DNA of 64,000 nt from a virus. Its lineage: Duplodnaviria; Caudoviricetes. The notes below the pieces were generated by a model. The model was not told where the DNA came from and did not search any database. It saw nothing but the letters and a program-made list of their open reading frames with translations. Position 1 is the first letter of the stretch; each line of letters starts with the position of its first letter. A program made the position numbers and the translations under genes. This document shows positions 26,799 through 35,432 of this stretch, piece after piece. The stretch covers positions 1 through 64,000 of the IMG/VR virus record IMGVR_UViG_3300009873_000008; one strand, 5' to 3'.

Positions 26799-27346
26799 CG
26801 GCCGCCCATCTTGGCACGCATCATCTCGCGCAGCGCCTCGTCGCCGGCTCCGAGCTTCATCGCCAGCTTGGCCGACATGCTAGTGAAGTCGTCGCTCGAC
26901 ACCGCAATGAGCAGCACCATGCTCACCAGCCGCAGATGCCGAGCAAGCGCGATCTGACCCTTGGCAAGCGCGCGCATGCTCTTGATGTACGGCTGAACCG
27001 TCTGGAGAGCAACTGCGACGTCCTCCATCACCGCCCGGAACTCCTCCAGGGCCCCAGCCGGCACATCGTCGTTCTGTCGCTCCTGTCGGATGAACTCCCC
27101 CAGCTTGAGGCGGATTGTCTCGACGTCGGGCGGCGTGGGAAACCGCGTGGGATCCAGCACCTCGACTATCTCCGGCAGTCCCTTGAGCATCGTGTCGCAC
27201 GACTGAATGGCCTTGAGCAAGCCCTCCAACATCGCCGGCCGGCCGGTGTTGATCGCCGAGAGTGCAGCGTCACGCAGCGTCGCGCGCATGCGCTCGGAGT
27301 CACTCGTGTCCCCCAGCCGGTCATCTGCGTCGGACATGCTTGCCAT
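26795..27346 (-). CDS. Hypothetical helical protein
   Basis: GGG-TAGAAC 19 nt upstream and GGGGG SD before ATG 27346. Confidence 0.65.
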   Translation of the reverse strand: MASMSDADDRLGDTSDSERMRATLRDAALSAINTGRPAMLEGLLKAIQSCDTMLKGLPEIVEVLDPTRFPTPPDVETIRLKLGEFIRQERQNDDVPAGALEEFRAVMEDVAVALQTVQPYIKSMRALAKGQIALARHLRLVSMVLLIAVSSDDFTSMSAKLAMKLGAGDEALREMMRAKMGGR

Positions 27347-27511
27347 GCTCGCCCCCGTCAAGAACGTTCTACCCGCCCAACCGGACGGCTTATCCACCCG
27401 AGGGCTGGAAGTGCTTCGTCGAGACAGGTAGGGTGCGGAAGACGATGGGAGCGCTCCGATTGTCCATTCAAAGCCCCATCCGTAGAATCGATCAGGATCA
27501 GGAGCGCGCCC

Positions 27512-27832
27512 GTGGAAGCGAGTCTAGTCCAGCGGGTTCTGGAAAGCCTGCTCGCCACCGGCCCCGTAGCGGTGGTCTTGGGCGTCGCCTGCTACATCCT
27601 GTGGAAGAACAACGCTGCGCTGCAAGAACGCCTGACGAAGCAACAGGAAAACTACGAACAGCAGCGAGAGCACCAGCAGCAGCGGTCCGATCGCCAACAG
27701 GAGAAGATGCTCCGGCTCGCGATTCGCGTTCAGCAAGCCGTCGAGGCCCTAGCCGGCCTCGATGGACCCACTGTACTGGACGAGGATGAGAACGAAGACG
27801 ATCTCCCCTCGGTACCAGTCAAGAAGAAGTAG
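27512..27832 (+). CDS. Single-TM membrane protein with a coiled coil (holin-like topology)
   Basis: AGGAG RBS; GPVAVVLGVACYILW then a Q/E-rich coil. Confidence 0.55.
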   Translation: MEASLVQRVLESLLATGPVAVVLGVACYILWKNNAALQERLTKQQENYEQQREHQQQRSDRQQEKMLRLAIRVQQAVEALAGLDGPTVLDEDENEDDLPSVPVKKK

Positions 27833-27841
27833 GGGGCGTGC

Positions 27842-28168
27842 GTGAACGCCGCGTCTCGGCCGAGGAAAGTCACCGAGAAGGTCACCGAGTCTGACATCGA
27901 CGCGGTCATCGAGAAGATCGATCAGGCGCTCCCACGAGTTCATGCTCTGGCGAATCGTCAGGTCGATACGCCGCCCACTGGCGGATTCAGCGCCGACAAG
28001 ATCGAACAGACGAAGCGCGCCTTCCAGGAGATGAGCGACGACACGTTGCTCACTCGTTCCGGCGAAGATGTGCGCGTCGCGACCCGCAAGGCGTCGAGAC
28101 CACCAGTACCTCAGCCTCAGCCCCAGCCCCAGCCCAAGCTCCAGCCCCAGCGCCGACGTTCAGGGTAG
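27842..28168 (+). CDS. Hypothetical protein with a PQ-repeat tail
   Basis: 108 aa. Confidence 0.55.
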   Translation: MNAASRPRKVTEKVTESDIDAVIEKIDQALPRVHALANRQVDTPPTGGFSADKIEQTKRAFQEMSDDTLLTRSGEDVRVATRKASRPPVPQPQPQPQPKLQPQRRRSG

Positions 28169-28460
28169 CGCGTCCGCCAGTGCGGCGAGCACGTCCCCGT
28201 GGCACGGTTCAGTGCCGCGGCGCTTGCACCAGCACCCCAGCGTCTTGCCCTTGAGAGTTGGCAGGAGCGCCATCAACTCCGGCTGGTTCACCACCCAAGC
28301 TCGGTAGGCCGCGACGGCTTCCTCGACCGTCGCCACCTTGAACTTGGCCAGTGTTCCGTCCTTGTGAGTGTATGGGTTGCCCCAAGGTGACGGCTTGTCT
28401 GTCTTGGGACACCGCCCGCGTCCGATATAGACATCGAACATGAACTACTCTCGTTGGCAT
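28160..28460 (-). pseudogene. DUF4326-like protein, apparently frameshifted near the N-terminus
   Basis: SD-led MPTRVVH (28460) is out of frame with FDVYIGRG...SPWGNPY...LKGKTLGCWC...CHGDVLA (frame of 28441). Confidence 0.65.
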
Positions 28461-28478
28461 AGTCGTCTCCCATCTTCC

Positions 28479-29147
28479 CTACTCATCGTCGATCGTCTCT
28501 TCGCCGTCGGACGTGTCGTCGAGCGGATCAAAGTGACCAAGCCAGTGGCGGTCGGGCTTCTGGCACTCGCAGAACATGGTATGCGACGGCTTGTAGTAAG
28601 CGCCGTTGTTGAGCCTGTCCTGCGTCTTCTCCGCGTAGGGGCGTCGATCGACCACGTAGCCCTTGCCCTGGCACTTCTGACAGCCCATGGCCTGCGCCCG
28701 CATGCGCAGCGTCGAGACCATGTTGCGTGCGCCGTCGTCGAGGAGGCGCAGGAACAATTCCATGTCCTTGTTGGCGATGGCAAGGTTCGTCTGCGCGACC
28801 CGCAACGCTCCGAACAGGCGCTCAAACGAGCGCTCCTCCATCGCGACGCGCGGCACCGGTCGATAGTGAAACGCCTCGTGGCGCTTCCGGTCTTCGACGC
28901 GAACGCGGACTTGGCAATCACCGTCCCCGTCGACGCCGAAGGTCTGTTCGGCAAGCGACGCGACGAGGTAGGCGAACTGCGAGATCGACTCCGCACTCGC
29001 GTTCCACCGATCCACACCGGTCGTAGCCGTGAACCGCTGACTCTCGGGACGAATGCCGACCATCACGCGCTTGAACTGTTCCGCGAGCGCGAGAATGTCG
29101 GCTTTCGTAGTCCGTTTGGTAGTCGCATCGTCGGTCACGTCGGTCAC
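28479..29147 (-). CDS. Hypothetical protein with a C-terminal CxxCxGxG...CxC zinc motif
   Basis: GTGA coupling; CQKCQGKG...FCECQ. Confidence 0.6.
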   Translation of the reverse strand: MTDVTDDATTKRTTKADILALAEQFKRVMVGIRPESQRFTATTGVDRWNASAESISQFAYLVASLAEQTFGVDGDGDCQVRVRVEDRKRHEAFHYRPVPRVAMEERSFERLFGALRVAQTNLAIANKDMELFLRLLDDGARNMVSTLRMRAQAMGCQKCQGKGYVVDRRPYAEKTQDRLNNGAYYKPSHTMFCECQKPDRHWLGHFDPLDDTSDGEETIDDE

Positions 29148-29560
29148 TCGGATTCCTCCTCCTCCAAGGCCCCGATCTGGGTTACCAGGTCGGTCGGCCA
29201 GTAGGTGTTGCTGATGGATACCGCACCCGTGACGTGGCGCACGCGACCGGGAACAGTGCCAGTGGGATCTTGGTGAAGGAAGCCACGCGCAGTGAGACTG
29301 TCGAGCACCGGACGCAAGAACTTGACTCGCGCGTAGAACTCGCGTTTCCTCTCTTCGTCCGAGAGCGCCGAGCGGCTCAGGATGAAGACCCACTCTTTGC
29401 CGTGCGAGATTCCTTGCGGGTAATCGGCCCAGACGCGCTCAGCGATCTCGTGGCTCAGCAGATCCGTCTGATGCGCGCCGCCGTTGTCGTACGCAGCCGA
29501 GATCTCGCGCACTAGGCGCAGGACTACTCGCTCAAGCTGGGTGAGTCGCTCACTTGCCAC
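29144..29560 (-). CDS. Hypothetical winged-helix-like protein with C-terminal tag (DLVTQIGALE)
   Basis: LRPVLDSLTARGFL pattern; coupled ORF. Confidence 0.6.
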   Translation of the reverse strand: MASERLTQLERVVLRLVREISAAYDNGGAHQTDLLSHEIAERVWADYPQGISHGKEWVFILSRSALSDEERKREFYARVKFLRPVLDSLTARGFLHQDPTGTVPGRVRHVTGAVSISNTYWPTDLVTQIGALEEEESE

Positions 29561-30032
29561 GGTGCCGTGCCTTGACGACCACGAAGCCGGGAGTGCCGGA
29601 GAGCTTCTGCAAGAGCGCCTTGACCTCGGCCTCGCGCTCCTCGGGAGACAGCGCCGCGGTCCGCTGTTCTTCGGCGAAGCTCTCCGTCTGTGCGTTCACG
29701 ATCCTGCTCATGATCTCGTCCGGCACGATCGGAAGACGGGCACCGTAGCTATGCACACACACGCTCACGATCGTGCGGCTCGCCTGGTCGGCGATACGTT
29801 CCTCTAGCGTGAGCTTCCTCCGAGCCTCGTCGTCTGCTCGTGCCTTACCGCTCATGAGATCACGAAACGAGTGGGCTCGAACCTGCGTCCCCCACGCGAA
29901 CTCCCACTTGAGCATGCGCGGGTCAGCGAGTCGGTGTTTGCTTCGACTGCGGCGCAGAGTCTCGATGGCTTGTTCGGCCTCGGTCGGGCAGAACTCCATC
30001 GCACGTTCGTACGTGATCTCGATGCTGCTCAC
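29550..30032 (-). CDS. Hypothetical phage protein
   Basis: GTGA coupling; ends LxGTPGFVVV. Confidence 0.6.
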   Translation of the reverse strand: MSSIEITYERAMEFCPTEAEQAIETLRRSRSKHRLADPRMLKWEFAWGTQVRAHSFRDLMSGKARADDEARRKLTLEERIADQASRTIVSVCVHSYGARLPIVPDEIMSRIVNAQTESFAEEQRTAALSPEEREAEVKALLQKLSGTPGFVVVKARHRGK

Positions 30033-30322
30033 GCCGCGTCCAGCGAGCCGATCAGCGAGATGATGTCGACCTCCAGGGTGTAGCCCTTGCGCTGCTTCTC
30101 GATGGCCATCTTCCGAGCGGCCTGCTGCGCGTGCTGGGGGCTCGCGAAGTCCTCGCGCATGGTCTGCCCCCGCGTGCCGATCTTGCCCCAGCGGCGCACG
30201 AAGGTGCTGCCCCACACCTCGGCCTGCCAGAACTTCATGGACTCGCCGGACTGGTTCTGCGCGTTGGCACCCACGAACTCCAGTCGCATCTTGAAGTCGG
30301 GTTCGCGCTTGGTGGGGATCAT
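30029..30322 (-). CDS. WGR-domain protein with C-terminal tag (DIISLIGSLD)
   Basis: KFW....GS.FVRRWGKIGTRGQ...F.....A...A.K...EK.RKGY. Confidence 0.85.
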   Translation of the reverse strand: MIPTKREPDFKMRLEFVGANAQNQSGESMKFWQAEVWGSTFVRRWGKIGTRGQTMREDFASPQHAQQAARKMAIEKQRKGYTLEVDIISLIGSLDAA

Positions 30323-30867
30323 GCCTTCCTCGCCTTCTTCTTGCCCTTCGGGGGGCTCTTGGTGGTCGTCTTCTCGGGAGCCACGGGGGGCTTGTACGGC
30401 TCGACGTACTCGGGCGTCGAAGGGTCGACCCAACGCGACATCGCGACGCTGTAGGTCCCATCGTCGTGAGAGCCACCTCGACGGTGTGAGTTGAACCGTT
30501 CATGGCCGATGTCGTAGTCCCGCATGCACCAGCCGTCGATCTCGTACTCGGCGCGCTTCGATCGCACGACCTCCAGACACTCTTCGCCCCACGCGCTCCC
30601 CACAGGCACGTGAACCGTTCGTGTCTCGTGGCGCAGACCGATCAGCGCCATCGCCTCGGGGCTGGGAACTTCAGCGTCCACGTCCGTCTGGTACTGAGCG
30701 CCCAGCGCGCGCCCGAAGACGTCGGGCGGAAGCGCGAGCGACGCGATCACCACCCGTGACAGTTGATCCGTGATCTCGATCCTCCAGTAGCCGTTGACCG
30801 TGCTGCTGGACGCGAGCGCCATCTGGAGATTGACCTTGAGTTTCCTGGCCTTGGCCATCGTCGTCAC
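30319..30867 (-). CDS. Hypothetical protein
   Basis: 182 aa coupled ORF with a Lys-rich tail. Confidence 0.6.
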   Translation of the reverse strand: MTTMAKARKLKVNLQMALASSSTVNGYWRIEITDQLSRVVIASLALPPDVFGRALGAQYQTDVDAEVPSPEAMALIGLRHETRTVHVPVGSAWGEECLEVVRSKRAEYEIDGWCMRDYDIGHERFNSHRRGGSHDDGTYSVAMSRWVDPSTPEYVEPYKPPVAPEKTTTKSPPKGKKKARKA

Positions 30868-31304
30868 ACCTTCGCGCCCACCGGCGCGTGTTCGTTGTTG
30901 TTGTTGTCGTCCAGCTTTCCGATCCGCTCGACGATCGACGCGCCCCGGTAAAGCAGGCCGTTTTCCTTGAGCACCTGTTCGACGTAGGCCAGCCGAAACT
31001 CAGGAAACGGACCGATCTTGATCGGCCGGCTGGAAATCGCGTCGATCGCTTCCTTCGCCTCTTTCAGGTTGAGACCGAGCAGTTCCCGGATCGCCTTGAT
31101 CGGAGGGATCGGCGAACCCGGACCGCGACCGTAGATCGTGAGCACCACCATGCCGTAGGTCGTCTCGTCGAACCTGGTCATGCCATTGAGCATGGCGACC
31201 AGCCCCGCGGCCTCTCGTTGGGTCACCTGCCACGTCCCGGCACCCCGGATCGCGACTTCGACCTTGCGCTCGTCCATCTGGATCGGCTCGATCGGCTCGG
31301 TCAT
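30864..31304 (-). CDS. Protein with a ribosomal L7/L12 C-terminal-like domain and tag (SIVERIGKLD)
   Basis: IKAIRELLGLNLKEAKEAID; ATG 6 nt after GGGG-TAGGAC. Confidence 0.7.
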   Translation of the reverse strand: MTEPIEPIQMDERKVEVAIRGAGTWQVTQREAAGLVAMLNGMTRFDETTYGMVVLTIYGRGPGSPIPPIKAIRELLGLNLKEAKEAIDAISSRPIKIGPFPEFRLAYVEQVLKENGLLYRGASIVERIGKLDDNNNNEHAPVGAKV

Positions 31305-31313
31305 GTCCCTGTC

Positions 31314-31562
31314 CTACCCCTCCCGCTCCCGGAACAACTCAGCGCCCTGGACCATGAACTTGACCAGATCGTCCTTGATCGACATGGCCGTCTCCTCGCC
31401 GAGGATCTCGGCCATGCGCACCTTGAAGTCGAGCGCCCGCTTACGGACCGTTTCCTTGGACGAGATGCCCTGGCCGATCCGGTCGTAGTCACGAAACGTG
31501 TCGTCGAGCCGCTCGATCTCGTACCGACACTCGTCGATCGTCATGTCCTCCACGCGCTTCAT
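31314..31562 (-). CDS. Hypothetical protein
   Basis: GGAGGAG RBS. Confidence 0.65.
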   Translation of the reverse strand: MKRVEDMTIDECRYEIERLDDTFRDYDRIGQGISSKETVRKRALDFKVRMAEILGEETAMSIKDDLVKFMVQGAELFREREG

Positions 31563-31584
31563 CGGCTTCGCTCCTCCTGGAGTT

Positions 31585-31611
31585 CTCACAGTTCGAGCGA
31601 GCGGTCTTACA
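31585..31611 (-). promoter_or_regulatory. Putative promoter TGTAAG-N14-CTGTGAG
   Basis: Exact match in the AT-rich divergent region 31562-31678. Confidence 0.55.
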
Positions 31612-31677
31612 CTAGCCTCTCAAGTAATTGTCCTAGAAACACTTATCTCGACTCTGCGGTCGGGGTAGAACTGCTCC

Positions 31678-32151
31678 ATGACTACCGCGAAGCGCGACTA
31701 CCGAGAAGGCGATTGGGTCCGGTTCAGCGTTCCGAATTCGGAGGCGGTGGGCCAGATCTCGTCGGTGCAGACGCCGAATCTCGATTCGTGGGAGCGTGAC
31801 CCACTCTCACGCTCGCGTGACCGGCGCACTCACTACGTGGTCCGACAACCGAACGGCGAATGCACGCGGATCCCGGACCACATGGTGATCGGCGTTGCCG
31901 ACGTCGTGGCCGCAGTAGCGGCGCTCGCCATTCGGCCCCTCTCACTTCGCTTCCGGTTCCGGGTGCTCGGAGATCACGTTCACGCGACGTTGTTCGTGGG
32001 CAAACCGCACTTCACGCTCGCGAACTCCGGCAAGCTGGTCTTCCGCACCGACGAGTGGGGCAGTTTCGTCGCGGCCATGCAGTTGGTGGGACAGATCTCC
32101 CAGCAGGTCGACGTCGACTTCGTTTCCGAAGAAGTCGAGGTAGAGACATGA
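31678..32151 (+). CDS. Two-domain hypothetical protein: SH3-like barrel, tag (DVVAAVAALA), second domain
   Basis: EGDWVRF...GQI...YVV pattern; ATG 6 nt after GGGG-TAGAAC. Confidence 0.65.
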   Translation: MTTAKRDYREGDWVRFSVPNSEAVGQISSVQTPNLDSWERDPLSRSRDRRTHYVVRQPNGECTRIPDHMVIGVADVVAAVAALAIRPLSLRFRFRVLGDHVHATLFVGKPHFTLANSGKLVFRTDEWGSFVAAMQLVGQISQQVDVDFVSEEVEVET

Positions 32152-32798
32152 ACCAGCACCTGGAGACTGCGATCGAGACGCTCTCGCGAGACCCGCGACT
32201 CACGCTGGCCATCGTCAATGAGCGGAAGACCGTGTGCTACTTCAACGGCAGCATCGAACGTCGTACGGCCCTGGTCTACGTGGGCGGGCGTAGCGTCGTC
32301 AACCCTGGAGAGTCCATCGGCGCGTGGCGTTTGAAGACCGGCGGACGTGGCTCTCCGACGTGGCTGCGCCACTACGACAACAACACAACGATCATCATTC
32401 CCCGCACGGTCTCGTGTGCGTTGTCGCTGCTTTGCAACCGACCGGTCGCCCTGGTGCTGCTCGACACGAACACCCGACACGACCGCCCCCACTACTGGAT
32501 CCGTCGCGAGACCATCGAGCAGCTGGCGGAGGCCGGTGACCGCCATGGGCCGGCCTACTGGACCAGAGGACTGTGTCGCGGGCTCGTCGGGAAGATCAAG
32601 CCGCAGGAGCGAGGAGTGCTCATGCCGGTGCGCCGGCTGCCCGAGCCGGCCAAGATGGTCTCCGAGTTCGATGCGATCATCGACGGGCACGCTGGCGCCC
32701 CCCGCTACTGCCACGCGATCCCGCGCCACGTGGCGCTCAAGAGCGCGTGGCTGCAAGAGGAGCCGGCCTTCGGCCTGGAGACCGACGATAAGTCCTAG
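32148..32798 (+). CDS. Hypothetical protein
   Basis: ATGA coupling, 216 aa. Confidence 0.6.
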   Translation: MNQHLETAIETLSRDPRLTLAIVNERKTVCYFNGSIERRTALVYVGGRSVVNPGESIGAWRLKTGGRGSPTWLRHYDNNTTIIIPRTVSCALSLLCNRPVALVLLDTNTRHDRPHYWIRRETIEQLAEAGDRHGPAYWTRGLCRGLVGKIKPQERGVLMPVRRLPEPAKMVSEFDAIIDGHAGAPRYCHAIPRHVALKSAWLQEEPAFGLETDDKS

Positions 32799-33115
32799 AT
32801 CTCGTCGAGCGCGGCAACAGCATCGACGATGTCGTCAATCGGCCAGACCTTCCGACCGTGAACACGATCCTCGTCAATCGACCAGACTGCTACCTTGGAG
32901 CAGTCTAGGCCGCGCTTGGCAGCAAGTCGTACCGCACGTTTCTGCGCCGCTAGCGGGGTCTCGAACACGTGCGCCTTCAAGATCGACGACGTGAACGTCC
33001 AGTGCCATCGGGAGTGTGCGCCGCGCGCTTTGTTGCCGCGGTGGGGCGCTCTGGCCAAGTAGTCGGCCGTGCTGTACCAGTCGCGCTCCTTGAGCAGCGC
33101 TGCGACGTATCTCAC
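32795..33115 (-). CDS. Hypothetical protein with C-terminal tag (DIVDAVAALD)
   Basis: GTGA coupling at 33115 (alternative start 33163). Confidence 0.55.
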   Translation of the reverse strand: MRYVAALLKERDWYSTADYLARAPHRGNKARGAHSRWHWTFTSSILKAHVFETPLAAQKRAVRLAAKRGLDCSKVAVWSIDEDRVHGRKVWPIDDIVDAVAALDEI

Positions 33116-33309
33116 CGTCGCTTGGCGGACCTGTCGGGCTCGACCTTGGCCGGCGGCGGACACAGAGCGCGTAGCCCCCTGGCCTCGGCCTCCAACAGGT
33201 CGGCGACCTGCTCAATCGGCGGCGGGTTCCGCCAAGCGCGGTGACGTTCGACCAGGGCTTTCAACTGCACGCGAAACGTGACCAGGCTCGGGTGCGTGTC
33301 TTGGCTCAT
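33112..33309 (-). CDS. Hypothetical protein
   Basis: ATGA coupling. Confidence 0.55.
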   Translation of the reverse strand: MSQDTHPSLVTFRVQLKALVERHRAWRNPPPIEQVADLLEAEARGLRALCPPPAKVEPDRSAKRR

Positions 33310-33428
33310 CGGAGGGCTTCCTCGCTCATGCGTCTTACCTCGCCGAGCGCGTCGAACAAACCGTCCGATCCGTCGGCTTCGTAGCGGAAGCGTGCATTCT
33401 CCGCGATCTCCTTGATCCGCTCCAGCAC
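33306..33428 (-). CDS. 40-aa ORF missed by the track, containing a tag-like segment (GLFDALGEVR)
   Basis: VLERIKEIAENARFRYEADGSDGLFDALGEVRRMSEEALR; fills the gap and its stop overlaps the next ATG. Confidence 0.4.
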   Translation of the reverse strand: MLERIKEIAENARFRYEADGSDGLFDALGEVRRMSEEALR

Positions 33429-33433
33429 CTGGA

Positions 33434-33676
33434 TCAGGTGTTCAGGTCGGCCACTTGATCTACGATGTTCGTCATTGGCGTCCACTCACCGTCACCCTTC
33501 GGCCGAACCATCGGCACATGATCGCGTCTGATCCGCACGATGCCCAGTCCGTGGCACCAGGTGCATTTCGTGTCTGTGGCCAGCAGGTCGTTGACGCGGC
33601 GGTGCCGGGGGTTGAAGCACTCAACGATGAGATACCCGGACGAGTCGACGGACGAGTCCTCGGGCTTCTTGGTCAC
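33434..33676 (-). CDS. Small zinc-finger protein with C-terminal tag (NIVDQVADLN)
   Basis: C......CTWCHGLG; GTG 6 nt after GGG-TAGAAC. Confidence 0.65.
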   Translation of the reverse strand: MTKKPEDSSVDSSGYLIVECFNPRHRRVNDLLATDTKCTWCHGLGIVRIRRDHVPMVRPKGDGEWTPMTNIVDQVADLNT

Positions 33677-33763
33677 GTTTCCGTTCTACCCTCCGCAAGG
33701 CAGCTGGAATCTTTCTCAACGCCGTCCGTTCCGGCTTCCGAGGAGTCGGAGAAGGAATGAAAC

Positions 33764-34393
33764 GTGAAGAACACCCTCAGCATCGCCGTCGTCGCCCTGG
33801 CCGGGATCGCCGCTCTCGGCTGTAACAACAAGAGCCGCAACAAGGCGACTTTCCCGTCAACACAACTCGCCGTGGTCACTGACACCTTGCCCGTGGCAAC
33901 CAACGGCGTCGGATACTCGGCCCAACTGACCGCCACCGGCGTCGTGTCGTCCACCTCCTGGTCCCTGGCGTCCGGTTCGCTGCCCCCTGGTCTCGCCATC
34001 AACTCGGACGGCTCGATCACCGGCATCCCGATGGTCAACCCCGGCGCGCAATTTCCCCTGCGGGTGCGTGTGACCGAGGGCGGGAACTTCGCCGAGAAGG
34101 ATCTGATTCTCTACGCAGCGAAGATGATCTCGATCACGACGTCGACACTGCCCGCCGGAACCGTGGGCCAGTCCTATCAGGGCACGCTCGCCGCGGTTGG
34201 AGGGACCCAGCCCCACACCTGGTCGGTGACGACCGGCGCTCTGCCGCCCGGGCTCAGCGTGGCCACCAACGGAATCATCACCGGCACGCCCACGCAGGCC
34301 GGACTCTCCCAGTTCACGGTGCAGGTCGTGGACACGATCAGTCCGGCCGGCCAGGTAACCGCGACCAGGCAGATCAGTCTGACGATTCAGTAG
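33764..34393 (+). CDS. Lipoprotein with two putative Ig (He_PIG-type) domains
   Basis: Signal peptide with lipobox ALGC; repeats TLP...G..Y...L.A.G.....WS...G.LPPGL.I...G.ITG.P. Confidence 0.85.
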   Translation: MKNTLSIAVVALAGIAALGCNNKSRNKATFPSTQLAVVTDTLPVATNGVGYSAQLTATGVVSSTSWSLASGSLPPGLAINSDGSITGIPMVNPGAQFPLRVRVTEGGNFAEKDLILYAAKMISITTSTLPAGTVGQSYQGTLAAVGGTQPHTWSVTTGALPPGLSVATNGIITGTPTQAGLSQFTVQVVDTISPAGQVTATRQISLTIQ

Positions 34394-34910
34394 GGGCGGC
34401 GCGCGGCTGGGTCTCCCCGATCTCGTCCTGCGCCGCGTTCAGCATCTTCTGAACCCTGGCGAGCGTCTGGCGCAGGACGAGATTCTCCTGGTGGGCTACC
34501 GCCAGGGCTTCGCGCAACTGGTCACCTTCGGAGAGACGGCCGACCTTCTCGACGATGTTCAGGTCGGTCGCCTCTTTCCGTCTACCGCGCAACTCGTACC
34601 CGAGCCGCTTGAGGACAATTCGCAGTACATCACGTTCGTCTGAGGAACAAGAGTAGCGGCCCTGGTTGCTGGTCACCCCCAACACGGAAGCTCTATTGCC
34701 GCCAGCCATCAGGAGCGACACCGTGTCTGCGTGCGCAACCTGGATCACAGACGCGCTCCAGCCGATGTCGTTCCCGAACATCCGTTCTTTCGACGTGCCA
34801 GGCGGCCCGAAGCGGTTGATTGCCATCGCGACACGTTCGCCGAACTTGGCGTCCCGTTCGATCTCACCGAGCATGTCGTTCAACACCAAGATCACTGAGT
34901 AGTAGCCCAT
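34374..34910 (-). CDS. Hypothetical protein with internal tag (NIVEKVGRLS) and a coiled-coil tail
   Basis: ATG 6 nt after GGGG-TAGGAC. Confidence 0.7.
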   Translation of the reverse strand: MGYYSVILVLNDMLGEIERDAKFGERVAMAINRFGPPGTSKERMFGNDIGWSASVIQVAHADTVSLLMAGGNRASVLGVTSNQGRYSCSSDERDVLRIVLKRLGYELRGRRKEATDLNIVEKVGRLSEGDQLREALAVAHQENLVLRQTLARVQKMLNAAQDEIGETQPRAAPTESSD

Positions 34911-34957
34911 GAGATCGTCCTACCCCGGTCAGGGACCAGTGGCGTAGACTCGGCTAG

Positions 34958-35158
34958 ATGAGCGACCTTCCGCCGTACGCGCTCTTGATCGAGTGGGTGC
35001 CCGTCGACCTCGCGGCGGACGTTTGGGGCCTTCACTGCCCCATCTGCAAAGTAACGCAGCCCCAGATCCCGCTCCCCGAGAAGCAGGCGGACAAGGACAC
35101 CGCGGTCGCGCAGTTCGCGCGCGACCACTCGACCTGCCTTGCAATCACTCCTGCTTAG
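34958..35158 (+). CDS. Small zinc-binding protein
   Basis: CPIC...H..C; ATG 7 nt after TAGACT. Confidence 0.55.
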   Translation: MSDLPPYALLIEWVPVDLAADVWGLHCPICKVTQPQIPLPEKQADKDTAVAQFARDHSTCLAITPA

Positions 35159-35345
35159 GCGGCTGCGGAACCGAGACCACGGCCACGTCGTTCGGCGAAA
35201 CTGCGATCTCTTGACGCGCGCCGTCGACAGTCACCAGAACGAGGAGCCTGTCACCCACAACTGCTTTGACTCGGGCCAGTTGGTCCTTGAACGGAGCAAC
35301 CGTCCTGCCGCCGAGCCTGACCTCTGTCCCAGGTGTGATCTCCAT
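35145..35345 (-). CDS. Small SH3/KOW-like protein
   Basis: PGTEVRL...ARVKAV.GD..LV.V; ATG 6 nt after TAAAAG. Confidence 0.55.
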   Translation of the reverse strand: MEITPGTEVRLGGRTVAPFKDQLARVKAVVGDRLLVLVTVDGARQEIAVSPNDVAVVSVPQPPKQE

Positions 35346-35380
35346 CCGGCCCTTTTAACCAATCCGCAGGACGTGTGCGC

Positions 35381-35413
35381 GTAAGAATCCCGGCTTGGGC
35401 GGTGAGGTAGAAC
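35381..35413 (+). promoter_or_regulatory. Putative promoter GTAAG-N14-CGGTGAGG-TAGAAC
   Basis: Variant of the bipartite motif upstream of 35433. Confidence 0.5.
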
Positions 35414-35432
35414 AACCGAGAGGACTACCACC

